Of a stretch of DNA of 64,000 nt, positions 1 to 10,934 are shown in pieces. Origin of the DNA: an uncultured Phycisphaerales bacterium (GTDB taxonomy: Bacteria > Planctomycetota > Phycisphaerae > Tepidisphaerales > Tepidisphaeraceae); NCBI GenBank assembly GCA_963844715.1, contig CAWJPJ010000007.1:832001-896000 (forward strand). Reading direction: 5' to 3'. Each line of letters begins with the position of its first letter. Positions within the stretch are counted from its first letter, which is position 1. The position numbers and the translations under genes were made by a program. The notes beneath the pieces are model-generated. The model saw only the letters and a program-made list of their open reading frames with translations. It made no database searches and was not told the DNA's origin.

Positions 1-745
1 GCCTCGATCATCCCGCCGACGTCATCTTCCCGGTCCTCCACGGCGAATTCGGGGAAGACGGCCAACTCCAAAAATCCTCGAAGACAGAAAACTCAAATTC
101 GTGGGCAGCGGCTCCGCGGCCTCGCGCCTGGGCATGAACAAAGTCGCCACCAAGGAGGCCTGGGGCCTGGCCGGTCTCCCCACCCCCAAATACTGCATCG
201 TCGGCCGCGGCGAATCCCCCGACGAATTCACCGGCCGATGGGTCGTCAAAGCCATCGAAAACGGCAGCAGCATCGACGTCTTTGTCTGCAAAGCCCCCGA
301 ACAAACCGGCCACGCCATTCAGGAAGTCCTCAAGCGCCACCCCGAGGCCCTGGTCGAGCAATTCGTCGAGGGAATCGAACTGACCGTAGGCCTACTTGAG
401 GAAGAGCCCCTCGCCCCCATCCACATCGTCTCCAAGCGGGAATTCTTCGACTACGAAGCCAAATACAAAGCCCCCGACACCGAGCACCGCTTCAACACCG
501 GCCTCCCCCAGGAAGTGGTCGAATCCTGCAAGGAACTGGCCCGAAAGGCGAACGCCGTGGTGGGGGCCCGCGATCTCGCCCGCGTCGACATGATCGTCGA
601 TCCCGACATGCACCCCTATCTGCTCGAGATCAACACCCTGCCCGGTTTCACCCCAAAAAGTCTACTGCCCGAAGCGGCGAAGCATGCGGGGGTCGAGTTT
701 GGGCCGCTCTTAGACAGGCTCGTCAAGCGAGCTTGGGCTCGATAG
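1..745 (+). CDS. ddl: D-alanine--D-alanine ligase, 5'-truncated by window edge, frameshift near 95
   Basis: VIFPVLHGEFGEDG read upstream in another frame; GSS loop, FFDYEAKY, LARVD and LEINTLPGFT motifs. Confidence 0.93.
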   Translation, partial: PRSSRRRHLPGPPRRIRGRRPTPKILEDRKLKFVGSGSAASRLGMNKVATKEAWGLAGLPTPKYCIVGRGESPDEFTGRWVVKAIENGSSIDVFVCKAPEQTGHAIQEVLKRHPEALVEQFVEGIELTVGLLEEEPLAPIHIVSKREFFDYEAKYKAPDTEHRFNTGLPQEVVESCKELARKANAVVGARDLARVDMIVDPDMHPYLLEINTLPGFTPKSLLPEAAKHAGVEFGPLLDRLVKRAWAR

Positions 746-1128
746 GGAGGCCGTTCGATAGGCTCAGGGCAGGATACAAAAAGGCCCGAAAGGATGCGCG
801 ACGGCAGGGTGATTAGCCTACTTATCAATCTGCATCTTCTTGTTGGATTGATGGTTATAGATAAGGCGAGACTTCTGTCCTGAAGGGGGCGCATCGTGGG
901 CTGCGTCAGAGAGCAGAGAATTGAATATAGATAAAGGAATCCAGCCTGATCAAAGGAGAAAAACTTGGCGTTGGCCGCCGCAACCGTCCTCGCCGCCCGC
1001 CCTGTCCGACCGGCCCTTGTGTGCGGCAGGGTCCTTGGGCAATTTAGGTTCTTGATGCTAATTGACACCTGTAAAGAAAGGCCCGTGTACGATTCCGGTT
1101 CGGTCGGCGCGATAGAGGTAGCGAATAA

Positions 1129-3447
1129 ATGGCGAGTCGCAAACGAAACAGGAAGACTCGGCGGCGTTTTAGAAACCGTAAGACGCAGAACGGCCCGGTT
1201 CTTTTTCGGCATCCCGTTACCGATATGCCCTTAGAGCAATTCATCCCTGCGGTGGTCGAGGGCGCAAGATCGCGGCCGATCAATTTAAGGAGGTGCTTGG
1301 GTCTGTTGAGGAGATTCTTCGCACAAAGGAGCCTTTGCGGACGATTGCAATCCTTGCATTGTACGGATTGATGACCAGATTGTCGGACAAAGGCGAGCGT
1401 TCGCCTCTTTACAAGACTAAGGGTTTCGCACAATCGCATGTCGAATTTGCGCAGGCACTTGCCTTGAGAGTTCCATTATCAGATATATCCGATATTCCGA
1501 TTGGTCCCGCCGAAATTACGCGGCTATTCGGTCTCTTGCCGCGGCTCACACGCTCTTTCGCTTTTCAAAGGATGGCCAAGATGGGCGAAGAGTGCAGTGA
1601 TGAGCAGAAGGGCGTTTTTCTTGTGCAAGAGATGCTGCGGAGCCATACGCAATTCGTGCGCAATTGGGGATTTTTTGATAGGGTCATCGCGCTCCTAAAT
1701 GTCCTGTATAGCCCACTCGATGACGAGATTCTTCAACATGTTGGATTGTCTGCAAGTCAGCTCATCGCTGCCTTCGTCCATTTAATTCGCCAGTTGGAAA
1801 GCAGATTTTTTGAGGTTTTCCATCGCATGGGGGAAGTCTTACGCCAGGGTACTTTGGAAGAAATGATCAGGAAATACTACGAGGTTCACCCCGATTTGCT
1901 CGACACTCCTGATGATATGCTCGCGTTCGCGGCTGAAGAAAGGCTAACGGCTCAGCAGGTGAAGGTTTTACTATTGGCGCACATGGAGTTTCGACTTCCG
2001 AAAGTATGCAAGTTTACGGTCGAATCCGTGGCGGCCTTTCTCGGCGTGGAGGCGCCCGAGTCAGCGCATCGTTTGGCAAATTGAGTTTGTCGTTGGGGGA
2101 ACTCGCGTCATGTCCGGCCGAGAATCTTTTGCTCGATAATCCTGTATGGCGAAAACCACTCATCAAGGTAGATTCCTCAGAGTACTTCTCGCCGCTCCGC
2201 AGGTGTTCTTTAGTTTCGTGCGGCCAATTTTTGACGACTTGATGGACGGGAATCGATCTCTAGAGCAGTCGTGCGAAAGGCGTAGGGCCGAGTTTCTGGA
2301 ATCCGAGGTTACTCGGCTTTTTCAGAAAGCATTTCCAGGCGCGGAAATCGTCGTTGGGTATAAATGGAAAGACGGTGAGATAGAATACGAAAACGATCTG
2401 ATAGTGCGGGTTGATTCACATCTTTTTCTAATTGAGGCAAAGTCAGGGGCAGTATCATGGCCGGCCTTGAGGGGGGCGCCAGAGCGCGCCAAGAAGCACT
2501 TCCAGGACTTGATCGTGGCGCCGTCAATTCAATCAGCGCGATTGGCAGATCGTGTTGGTGCGGTAATCGAGTCACCAGCGTTACGCGACTCGTATCTTCC
2601 GGGGCTGCAAATACAGCTTGATCGGGTTCATACTGTTCTGCGCCTATCGGTGACGCTAGAAGACTTCGCGATGCTTCCAGCAAACTTGTCCTCTCTGCGC
2701 CACACCGGTTGGCTGTCGGCGGGCCACAGCTTGGCTCCATGCGTTTTGGTGACGGACCTCGAGGTGATTTTCGATATTCTTGAGCCGAAGTCCCAGAAAA
2801 TTCATTATTTGCGGCGGCGCACCGAGCTTGCCCGTCGTTTAGTTACGACTGGTGACGAACTTGACCATTTAGGTTGGTATCTTGCTGGTGGTTTCAACTT
2901 GGGGGAGGCTGAGTTCAGCGCTGGATTGCTTCATCTTGTCGAAATGTCGAAAGAGGTTGATCAATTTTGCTTGGCGCGGGCCGACGGTATCGAAACCGAA
3001 CGGCCGAAGTTGCAGCTTAGTAAGTGGTGGTCCGATATTTGTCTGCAAGTCGAGCGACGCGCGCCGAATCGGTGGACAGACGCCTGTGACGCGCTCCTCC
3101 GGGTTGCACCGGAAGATCAAAAGACGCTTGAGGCGGCCTTTATTAAGATTGAGAGGGATCTTAAAAAGCGAGTGAAGCCGCCGCAAAGGAATTTTGTGGC
3201 TGGTCTACCGCGGCTTGAAAAAGGAACGGCGATAGCGCTTTCTCGCGTTCGCCATGAAGATATTCCTAATCGACGTGAGCAGATATGCTCGGTCGCAAAT
3301 CACTCTTTTGCGGATTCGAATGTGGATAGATGCCTGGTTGTTGCCATCAATATCGATGCTGGCCATTATCCTTACTCGGCGATAGCGCTTATTGATCGAG
3401 AGTCTCCCGACGCTTGCAGCGATGTGGATGATTTGCAGGTCTATTAG
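1129..3447 (+). CDS. Large (~770 aa) hypothetical protein with C-terminal PD-(D/E)XK/NERD-like nuclease motif; split by about 3 frameshifts (ORFs 1129, 1293, 2006, 2146)
   Basis: Consecutive overlapping + strand ORFs; motif ENDLIVRVDSHLFLIEAKSG; sequence visibly AT-richer than flanks. Confidence 0.6.
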
Positions 3448-3649
3448 ACGAGTGGGATATGATCGAGATTAGGGGATAGATGGGTGCTGCAGGGCGGACG
3501 AATCGCCTTTCCATAAGCTTGCCTCAGCGATCGATCCAATGCCGATGGAGGGCCGCTCTCTCCTTGATCCCGCCGCGGCGGGTGCTGGGGGGAGAAGATG
3601 AAAAGGGCGACGGGCGCGGAGCTGGTTGCGGGGGTGCCGCGCACCGCGA

Positions 3650-4564
3650 CTAAATCCGGGTTGGTGGGAGCGGAACTGAACGTAGTTTCCTCATCCGCGC
3701 CAATCCCCAAGCCACCGGCCCCCAAGCCGCAAACCCCAGCGATCCAATCGCCGCCGTGTATTGATGTGCAACGATCAGCAGCAGAATAATCGCCAGCACG
3801 ACAATCAATCTTCCAATCGACCTCTTCCCCCGCAGATAGCGATTCACCAAGTGCGGATACCGCAAATGGCTGATCATCAGCAGCCCGGTGCACAAAACCA
3901 GCACCGGCATGAAATCCGCCCAGAACGTGCCGATATCCTGCGTCACCGCCGACGACTGCCGCAGCAAATCCTGCTGCATCAGCACCGTTGCAGCGACCGC
4001 CGCCGCCGCTCCGGGGCTGGGGAGTCCCAGGAACGAAAAATGATGCTGCTCCCCGTGTTCGTTGCTGACATTGAACCGGGCCAATCGGATCGCCGCGCAG
4101 CTGACATACATTGCCGCCGAGGCCCACACCAGCCGGGAAATCCATAGCGGCACATCCGGTCCCAGGAGCTTGAACAATCTCAATCCCAGGAACGCCGGCG
4201 CCGCCCCGAAGCTGATCATGTCGGCCAGGCTGTCGAGCTGTCCCCCGAAATCGGTCGTATGCCGCGCGAACCGCGCCAATCGTCCGTCGATTCCGTCAAA
4301 CACCATCGCCAGAAAAATCAGATACGCCGCTGCCGCCAGCCCATTCCGCGCCAGCGCGCTTGCCCAAGGATCGCGTTCGATCCCCGTCGATCCCGCCATC
4401 GCCGCCACATAGATCGACGCGAACCCGCACACGGCGTTTCCGAGAGTCGCCATGCTCGGCAGGAAATAGACCGACCGGATATAGGCCCGCCTCCCATGCC
4501 GGCGCAAACGCCGTCGCCGATGGACGCGGCGTCGTCTGCGAAAATCGGGATCGCGCTGAATCAT
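3650..4564 (-). CDS. pssA: CDP-diacylglycerol--serine O-phosphatidyltransferase
   Basis: CDP-alcohol phosphatidyltransferase motif DGIDGRLAR...FGGQLDSLAD, RLARFNV, FLGLPSP; ATG overlaps the psd stop (ATGA). Confidence 0.9.
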   Translation of the reverse strand: MIQRDPDFRRRRRVHRRRRLRRHGRRAYIRSVYFLPSMATLGNAVCGFASIYVAAMAGSTGIERDPWASALARNGLAAAAYLIFLAMVFDGIDGRLARFARHTTDFGGQLDSLADMISFGAAPAFLGLRLFKLLGPDVPLWISRLVWASAAMYVSCAAIRLARFNVSNEHGEQHHFSFLGLPSPGAAAAVAATVLMQQDLLRQSSAVTQDIGTFWADFMPVLVLCTGLLMISHLRYPHLVNRYLRGKRSIGRLIVVLAIILLLIVAHQYTAAIGSLGFAAWGPVAWGLARMRKLRSVPLPPTRI

Positions 4565-5281
4565 GGCCGAGAGTCTGCCGTCGACATATCGGTCGACAAA
4601 TCGCTTTTCATCCCCTCCATGCTCGCCGCCGGAGAAATCGTCGCCAAAACATCCGCCGCTCCCCGAACCTTCTGCCCGATCTGCACGCGAACGGTCGGAT
4701 TCAGCCGCTGCGGAATAGTCAGTTCCGTCCGGCTCCCGAATTTGATCATCCCAATCCGCTGCCCGCGCAAGTCGATCCCCAACCGCCGCCGTGCAGACAA
4801 TCCGCCGGGCGATCAATCCCACGATCTGCTTGACCACCGCCACGGGTTTCCCCGACCCATCCGCCAGAACAACCGTGTTCGACTCGTTCTCCTCCGAAGC
4901 TTCCCGGTGATGCATCGCGTTGATGAATTTCCCGCGCTTATATTCGACGGAAGCAACCCGCCCATCGCACGGCGACCGATTCACATGCACGTTGAAAACC
5001 GAAAGAAAAATCCCAATCCGCACCGCCGGCCCCCCGATCAGCGGATCGTTCTCAATTGGCGTGATATCCGAAACCGTCCCATCCGCCGGCGACACCATCG
5101 CATTTGCATCGCCAGGAATCGCCCGCTCCGGATCGCGAAAAAAAGCCAGCAACCAGATAAATACCGGCACCGGAACCAGCCCCAGCGGCCGCCAAACAAA
5201 AAATAACGCAACCCCCACCGCCCCCAGCAGAAGCGTCCCAACCAGCATTTCCCGCAAACCAAGGCGGGTCAGTCGAATCAT
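4561..5281 (-). CDS. psd: Phosphatidylserine decarboxylase proenzyme (frameshift near 4770)
   Basis: FFRDPER, SPADG, IFLSVFNVHVNRSP; self-cleavage motif IKFGSRTEL lies in the shifted frame (ORF 4561-4800). Confidence 0.9.
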
Positions 5282-5330
5282 GATCTCAGGCTAGAAACGA
5301 GGGAGAGGGATGTCAATTGGGGGAGGGAAT

Positions 5331-5408
5331 GAAGAGGCATAGAGACGAAGAGACGAAGACACAAAGTGAAGAGGCCCGCACATCTTCCAGTTCGTCTCTT
5401 TGTCTCTT
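5331..5408. repeat. Octamer-periodic inverted repeat (GAAGAGAC-like x4 / TTCGTCTC-like x2)
   Basis: gaagaggc atagagac gaagagac gaagacac at 5331-5362; ttcgtctc tttgtctc tt at 5391-5408. Confidence 0.6.
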
Positions 5409-6840
5409 ACCGCTTAAAGAACGTTTTCCCCCGCGCGTTGTACTTGCTCAGCCGATTATTCACGTACAACCCTTCCAGCAGAAATTCACCCACACTCGCC
5501 AGAATCGCCGGATCTCCCGCGTCCAATTGCATTTGTTTCGCCAGCGCCCTGCCCCCTGGCATAGGCCGCGTATCGCCTTCATATTGGCAGTGAATTCATC
5601 CGCCGATAGGTCATCCCCGGCCGGAAACGTCAGATTCGCCTTAAACTGTTCCACGATCGGCTCGTAAGAATCCGCGTCCCCATATCGCCCAAAAACCGTT
5701 TTAACCGCCTCCCCGCTGAGCGACCGGATCAGCTTATCCTCCGCTCCGTCTTCCTCGGCCAGCGTCATCTCAATTTTCCCCCGGCAGCTTGCCACCAGAT
5801 AATTCAAATCGCACACGCGCGGAACCACCCGCCCCTCGCCTGTGCTCAGCCCGCGCCGCTCGGCGTTGCTCACTACCGTCTCCAGATTCGCGATGCTCGT
5901 CCGCACCGAAACCCCCGACGCCTGCGATACGTGCGGGCTCGACCTTGCCAGCCGCACCATCTCCTCGACGATTTCAGACATGAATCGCGGCACTTCCACG
6001 TGCACGCCGCTCCCCGATGTGCTCGTCCCGTTGCGCCAGCCAGGCGTTCTGCTCCGCGATCTCGATTCCCTCGGCAACCGTCTCCGGATAATGCGTGCGA
6101 ATCACCGACCCGATGCGGTCCTTCAGCGGCGTCACAATCCGCCCGCGATTCGTGTAATCCTCCGGGTTCGCACTAAACACCAGGCACACGTCCAGCTCCA
6201 GCCGGATCGGATACCCGCGGATTTGCACATCCCGCTCTTCCAGCACGTTGAAGAGCCCCACCTGAATTCGCGGCGCCAGGTCGGGAAGCTCGTTGATCGC
6301 AAAAATCCCCCGATTCGAACGCGGAATCAACCCATAATGCATTGTCGATTCATCCGATAGATATCTCCCCTCGGCATGTTTCACCAGATCGATCTCCCCG
6401 ATCAAATCCGCGATCGTCACATCCGGCGTCGCCAGCTTTTCATGAAACCGATCATCCCGATGCACCCATTCGATCCGCGCCTCGTCCCCCTCCTTGGCGA
6501 TGATCCGCTTCCCCGTCTTTGTTATCGGCGCAATCGGATCGTCATTGATCTCCGTCCCCGCCAGCACCGGCATCCACTCGTCCAGTAGCAGCGGGAGCAT
6601 CCGCAAAATGCGCGTCTTCGCCTGCCCGCGCAAGCCCAGAAACAGCAGATCATGCTTGGACAAAAGCCCGTTGATAACCTGCGGAATAACACTGTCCCGA
6701 TATCCCACGATTCCCGGAAAGATTTCCTCCCCCGCCTTGATCTTCCCGATCACGTTCCGCCGCAATTCATCCTTTACCGAAGACGGCTGATACCCGGACT
6801 TCTTCAATTGCCCAACAGTCGAAATACTAGGGTGGTTCAT
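5407..6840 (-). CDS. Magnesium-chelatase-subunit-I-like AAA+ ATPase (2 frameshifts)
   Basis: GLRGQAKT Walker-A-like, INELPDL, FSANPEDYTNRGRIVTPLKDRIGS, GVSVR; C-terminus rebuilt to TAA at 5407-5409. Confidence 0.85.
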
Positions 6841-6875
6841 GTGCAGGAATGGTAGGGGACGCAGGGGCCAATCTT

Positions 6876-6910
6876 CAACTAGCAACTGGCAACTAACAAC
6901 GGGCAACTAT
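6876..6910. repeat. Heptamer tandem repeat CAACTRG-like x5
   Basis: caactag caactgg caactaa caacggg caactat; last unit overlaps the stop codon of 6907-7221. Confidence 0.75.
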
Positions 6911-7221
6911 TCAAGCTTTTTCGGCGTCTTGAGCCGTTTCCCCGATTCCGTCCATGCGTCCACATATTGCGTAGGCTTCCCACGTCCGCTAGGCCCTAAT
7001 AGCGACCGCCCAAGCCGAAAAATGAGCACCAGGAACAGCCCCAGCAGAATCAGCAACACCGACATCAGCAGCAGCGCGTGAAGAGAGAGAAGCCTACGCT
7101 CTTTCGGATCGGCCCCGGAAAACGCCTCCAGCGCCGGAATCAGATACCAGTGGCTCACCACGATCAGCAGGATCGTGAACAACCCCATGAACGCGAAATG
7201 CGGCCACACGCTCCGGCGCAT
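6907..7221 (-). CDS. Small membrane protein with two TM segments
   Basis: Two hydrophobic stretches, C-terminal YVDAWTESGKR; directly downstream of the DnaJ-class gene. Confidence 0.7.
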   Translation of the reverse strand: MRRSVWPHFAFMGLFTILLIVVSHWYLIPALEAFSGADPKERRLLSLHALLLMSVLLILLGLFLVLIFRLGRSLLGPSGRGKPTQYVDAWTESGKRLKTPKKLE

Positions 7222-7224
7222 CGA

Positions 7225-8220
7225 TCACCATCCAGTATCCGCGCGCGGGTTCATCGGGTGTTTCGCCGCGATGCGATCGATCGCCTTGCGGTCTTCCTCG
7301 TCCAGTCCCTTCGGAACCATCACCTTGGCGATCACGATCTCATCCCCTTTTTCTTCCCCGCGCTGAATTCCATGCGATTTTATGCGCAGTTTTGCTCCGC
7401 TGCTTGTCCCGGGCGGAATCGTCACCGTCCGCGTCCCGTCCAGCGTCGGCACGTCCACTTTCGCGCCGTTCAATGCCTCATACATGCTGATCGGCAAGTC
7501 CAAATGAATGTCGAGCCCGTCGCGCCGAAAATAAGGATGCGGCGTCACGCGCGTGACGATGTACAAATCCCCCGCCTCACCAAATTGGCTCTGCTGGCCC
7601 CGGCCGCGCACGCGAACACGGCTCCCGTCCTTCACGCCCGCCGGAATCTTGATGTCGATCGTCTCCAGCTTTCCGTCCCGATTGATTTGCAGCGGCAAAT
7701 GCGTTCCGCGCACCGCCTGCTCGAACGACAGCGTCACCGGATGATCGATATCCGCCCCGCGCTGCGGCTCGGGCCGCCCGCGCGTCCGCCCGCCTCCGCC
7801 GCCCCCTCCTCCACCTCGGCGTCCGCCGAACAACTGATCGAAAATACTCCCCATGTCCTGATCGCCAAGATCAAAATCTTCGACGCTCACGCCCGGCCCA
7901 CCCTGCCAGCGCGTCCCGCGTCCCTGCTGCGACCGCCGAAACGCTTCCCACGGATCGGCTCCGCCGGCCTGCCCGCCTTGCCCTCCCGGCGCCGTTCCCA
8001 CCCCCGCATGTCCGAAATCGTTGTAATTACGCCGCTTCGTCTCGTCCGACAAAACCTCGTAAGCCTCCTGCACCTCCTTGAATCGCTCCGTCGATTTCGG
8101 ATCGTTTTTCGTCGCGTCAGGATGCAGCTTCCGCGCCAGCTTGCGATATGCGCTTTTGATCTCATCCGCGCTGGCAGTCCGCGCCACGCCCAGAATGTCG
8201 TAATAATCGCGCTTGGCCAT
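7225..8220 (-). CDS. DnaJ class B co-chaperone (CbpA-like, no Zn finger)
   Basis: J domain with HPD, G/F-rich linker, C-terminal DnaJ_C ([14 protein letters not shown]). Confidence 0.9.
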   Translation of the reverse strand: MAKRDYYDILGVARTASADEIKSAYRKLARKLHPDATKNDPKSTERFKEVQEAYEVLSDETKRRNYNDFGHAGVGTAPGGQGGQAGGADPWEAFRRSQQGRGTRWQGGPGVSVEDFDLGDQDMGSIFDQLFGGRRGGGGGGGGGRTRGRPEPQRGADIDHPVTLSFEQAVRGTHLPLQINRDGKLETIDIKIPAGVKDGSRVRVRGRGQQSQFGEAGDLYIVTRVTPHPYFRRDGLDIHLDLPISMYEALNGAKVDVPTLDGTRTVTIPPGTSSGAKLRIKSHGIQRGEEKGDEIVIAKVMVPKGLDEEDRKAIDRIAAKHPMNPRADTGW

Positions 8221-8311
8221 GCAAACTCGAATCTTAGCATCGGTCCACTCGGCGCGAAACATCCCACGCCGCTTGTCCCCACTCCCATTCTAAGTTACAG
8301 TTGGCAAACCA

Positions 8312-8539
8312 GTGGCCAAATCAGAACCCATCGAAGTCGACGCCACCGTTACCACCGCGCTGCCCAACGCGATGTTCAAGCTTCGCGTCGAGCAGGGGGG
8401 GACCACGCGCGAAGTCCTCGGCCACGTCTCTGGAAAGATGCGCAAACACTTCATCCGCATCCTCCCCGGCGACAAGGTCAAAGTGGAACTCTCCCCCTAC
8501 GATCTCACCCGGGGCCGCATCGTATTCCGCCAAAAGTAG
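8312..8539 (+). CDS. infA: Translation initiation factor IF-1
   Basis: [37 protein letters not shown]. Confidence 0.97.
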   Translation: MAKSEPIEVDATVTTALPNAMFKLRVEQGGTTREVLGHVSGKMRKHFIRILPGDKVKVELSPYDLTRGRIVFRQK

Positions 8540-8721
8540 CCCCTTTCCGCCAATATCCCCAATTTCGTATTCCCATACCCGGATTTGCCGCGTCCCATAA
8601 ACCCCCGGTTTAAGCCGATTTGTCGTTTCTCTGCTAAAATATCCCGTGCAATCTTTGCAGAATCGCTCGGCGGATCGGGTCGTGCCATAGTTTAAGAAAC
8701 GCGGCAAGAGGCGGACACCTC

Positions 8722-10286
8722 ATGACTTTGGGGCGAAAAATTATCCTGCGCAACGTCGCCCTCGTTCTGGGCGTCGGAATGCTCGCGGCTTCCTCGCTTT
8801 GGGGTCTTCTTGCGTTGCGCCTCAGGTCGCCGACATCGGCGATGAAACCTCCGAACTCAGCCATCTGCTGAACATCGCCGACGAGATGACCCAGGCCAAA
8901 TCCGCCATCCTCGGCGGCGATATCGAACGCGGCCGCGACCTCCTGGGGGACGCGCACGACGATTGTAAGGCGTACGGAACCCAGGACTCCACCCGTCTTG
9001 CTGAAATGAAGGCCGCGTTGCCCGCTTATTTCGCCTGGGATAAAAATGTCCGCGACGACGTCGCCGTCGCCGCCGCCTTCGTCGGCGACCGTCTCCCCAA
9101 AGCCACGGCTCCCGGCCAAAAAGTAACCGTCCCGCCGGCGCTCCTCGAGAAGCTCGACTACGGCGTGGTTCGCATTCAGAGCGCCGTTCACGAATGTCAG
9201 GGCTTCATGGTTCAGGCCCAGCAGGCCGCCGACCGAATCCTCCAGATCGGCCTCATCCTCGTGGGCGGCCTCTCGGCCCTGATCCTCTCCTGCGCCGTCC
9301 TCATCAGCCAATGGCATTACCAAAGCGTCATGCGACCGCTCGAACGCCTGCGCCAGTGGGTCCGCCGCGTTGGCGGCGCCGGCGACTTCCCGCCTCCCAT
9401 CGAAATCAGCGGCGATCTCGAATTTTGCGAACTCACCGTCGACGTCAATCAAATGGCCAAGGAACTCCACGATTTCTACCGCGAACTCGACCAGAAAGTG
9501 GAGCAAACCAGCCGCGAACTCGTCCGCTCCCAGCGGCTCGCCAGCGTCGGTTTCCTCGCCGCCGGGGTCGCACACGAAATCAACAATCCGCTCAACATCA
9601 TGTCCGGCTACGCTGAGCTGACCCTCAGCCGGCTCGCCCGCGGCTTCGATCCCGAGGCCGCCGCCGATGCCCAGCGCGCCCTCGAAGTCATCCGCGAGGA
9701 GGCCTTCCGCTGCAAGCAAATCACCGCGAAACTTCTCTCCACCGCCCGAGGCAGCGGCGAAAATCGAGAAACTTTCTCCCTCCGGCACCTCAGCCGCGAA
9801 GTCGCCGCCATGTTGCAGGGGCTCCCGCTCATGCGCGATCGCCAGCTCGATCTCAAGTTCGACGGCGACGATCCCCTGGAAGTCAGCGCCAACTACGCCG
9901 AACTCAAACAGGTTCTCCTCAATCTCCTCATGAACGGCCTCGAAGCCGTCAATCCACCGAGCGGCCGCGTCACCCTCTCCGGACGCCGCGACAAGGACTT
10001 CGTCGAACTCATCGTCACCGACAACGGGCGCGGCATGGAAGCCGCCACGCTCGAACGCATCTTCGAACCCTTCTTTACCGAAAAACGCGGTGTCGGCGAG
10101 CCCGGCACCGGGCTCGGACTTTGTATCTCCCACGCCATCATCGAAAATCACGGCGGAAAAATTCTCGCGCAAAGTCCAGGCGTCGATCAGGGCAGCACCT
10201 TCACGGTCCGAATGCCGGCCGCACAACGTGAAGAGCGATCACGCCTCGCCAACGTCTTCCCGCCGGCGCCTCTGGAGGCCACGTGA
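8722..10286 (+). CDS. Membrane sensor histidine kinase with HAMP domain (frameshift near 8805)
   Basis: H-box AHEINNPL, N-box QVLLNLLMNG, DNGRG, FEPFFT, GTGLGL; ATG at 8722 followed by a TM segment. Confidence 0.9.
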
Positions 10287-10912
10287 GATCTTCGCCCCCT
10301 GCCCCGGGTGGATGTCGCCGGGTTCTAATTGTCGATGACGAACCGCGCATGCGCGACATGCTCAGCCAAGCCGTCACCGAAATGGGCTTCGATGCCGCCA
10401 CCGCCGGCTCCGCCGAAAGCGCCCTGCGCGCCATGGAAAATTCCCCCGCTGATATCGTCCTGCTCGACCTCAATCTTCCGGGAATGGGAGGCATGGACTT
10501 CTTCCAGATGCTCCGAAAAAAATGGGCCCAATCCCAGGTCATCATTCTCACCGGGTTCGGAGATCTCACCGCCGCCCAGCAGGCGATCCGCCTCGAGGCC
10601 GTCGATTTCCTCGCCAAGCCCTGCCCGCTCGGCCAGCTCGAGCAGGCCCTGGAGCGCGCCCGCCAGCGTCGCGTCGCCGTCGCTCCTCCCCTTGTCTTGC
10701 CCGAACCTCCCGAGGAAGCCGCGCCCATCCCCGCCGCCCCCATCGATAGCGAACTTCTCGAAGATGTCGAGAGAAATCACATCCTCGCCGCCCTCGAACG
10801 CAACGGCGGAAACCGCGCCGCCGCCGCCGCGGAACTCGGCATCAGCCTCAGAAAACTCTACTATCGCCTGGAAAAATACCAACGCGAGGGACGCCAGTCC
10901 GGCGCCTCATAA
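10283..10912 (+). CDS. Response regulator, REC plus Fis-type HTH, no AAA+ domain
   Basis: VLIVDDE, LLDLNLP, FLAKP; C-terminal NRAAAAAELGISLRKLYYRL. Confidence 0.9.
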   Translation: MRSSPPAPGGCRRVLIVDDEPRMRDMLSQAVTEMGFDAATAGSAESALRAMENSPADIVLLDLNLPGMGGMDFFQMLRKKWAQSQVIILTGFGDLTAAQQAIRLEAVDFLAKPCPLGQLEQALERARQRRVAVAPPLVLPEPPEEAAPIPAAPIDSELLEDVERNHILAALERNGGNRAAAAAELGISLRKLYYRLEKYQREGRQSGAS

Positions 10913-10934
10913 CGCCGCACAACTTAGAAATAAA

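Noticed and set aside
3650..5281. Apparent psd-pssA fusion protein (543 aa)
   Set aside because: The psd GS cleavage motif and own stop are in another frame, and pssA has its own ATG overlapping that stop; frameshift artefact.
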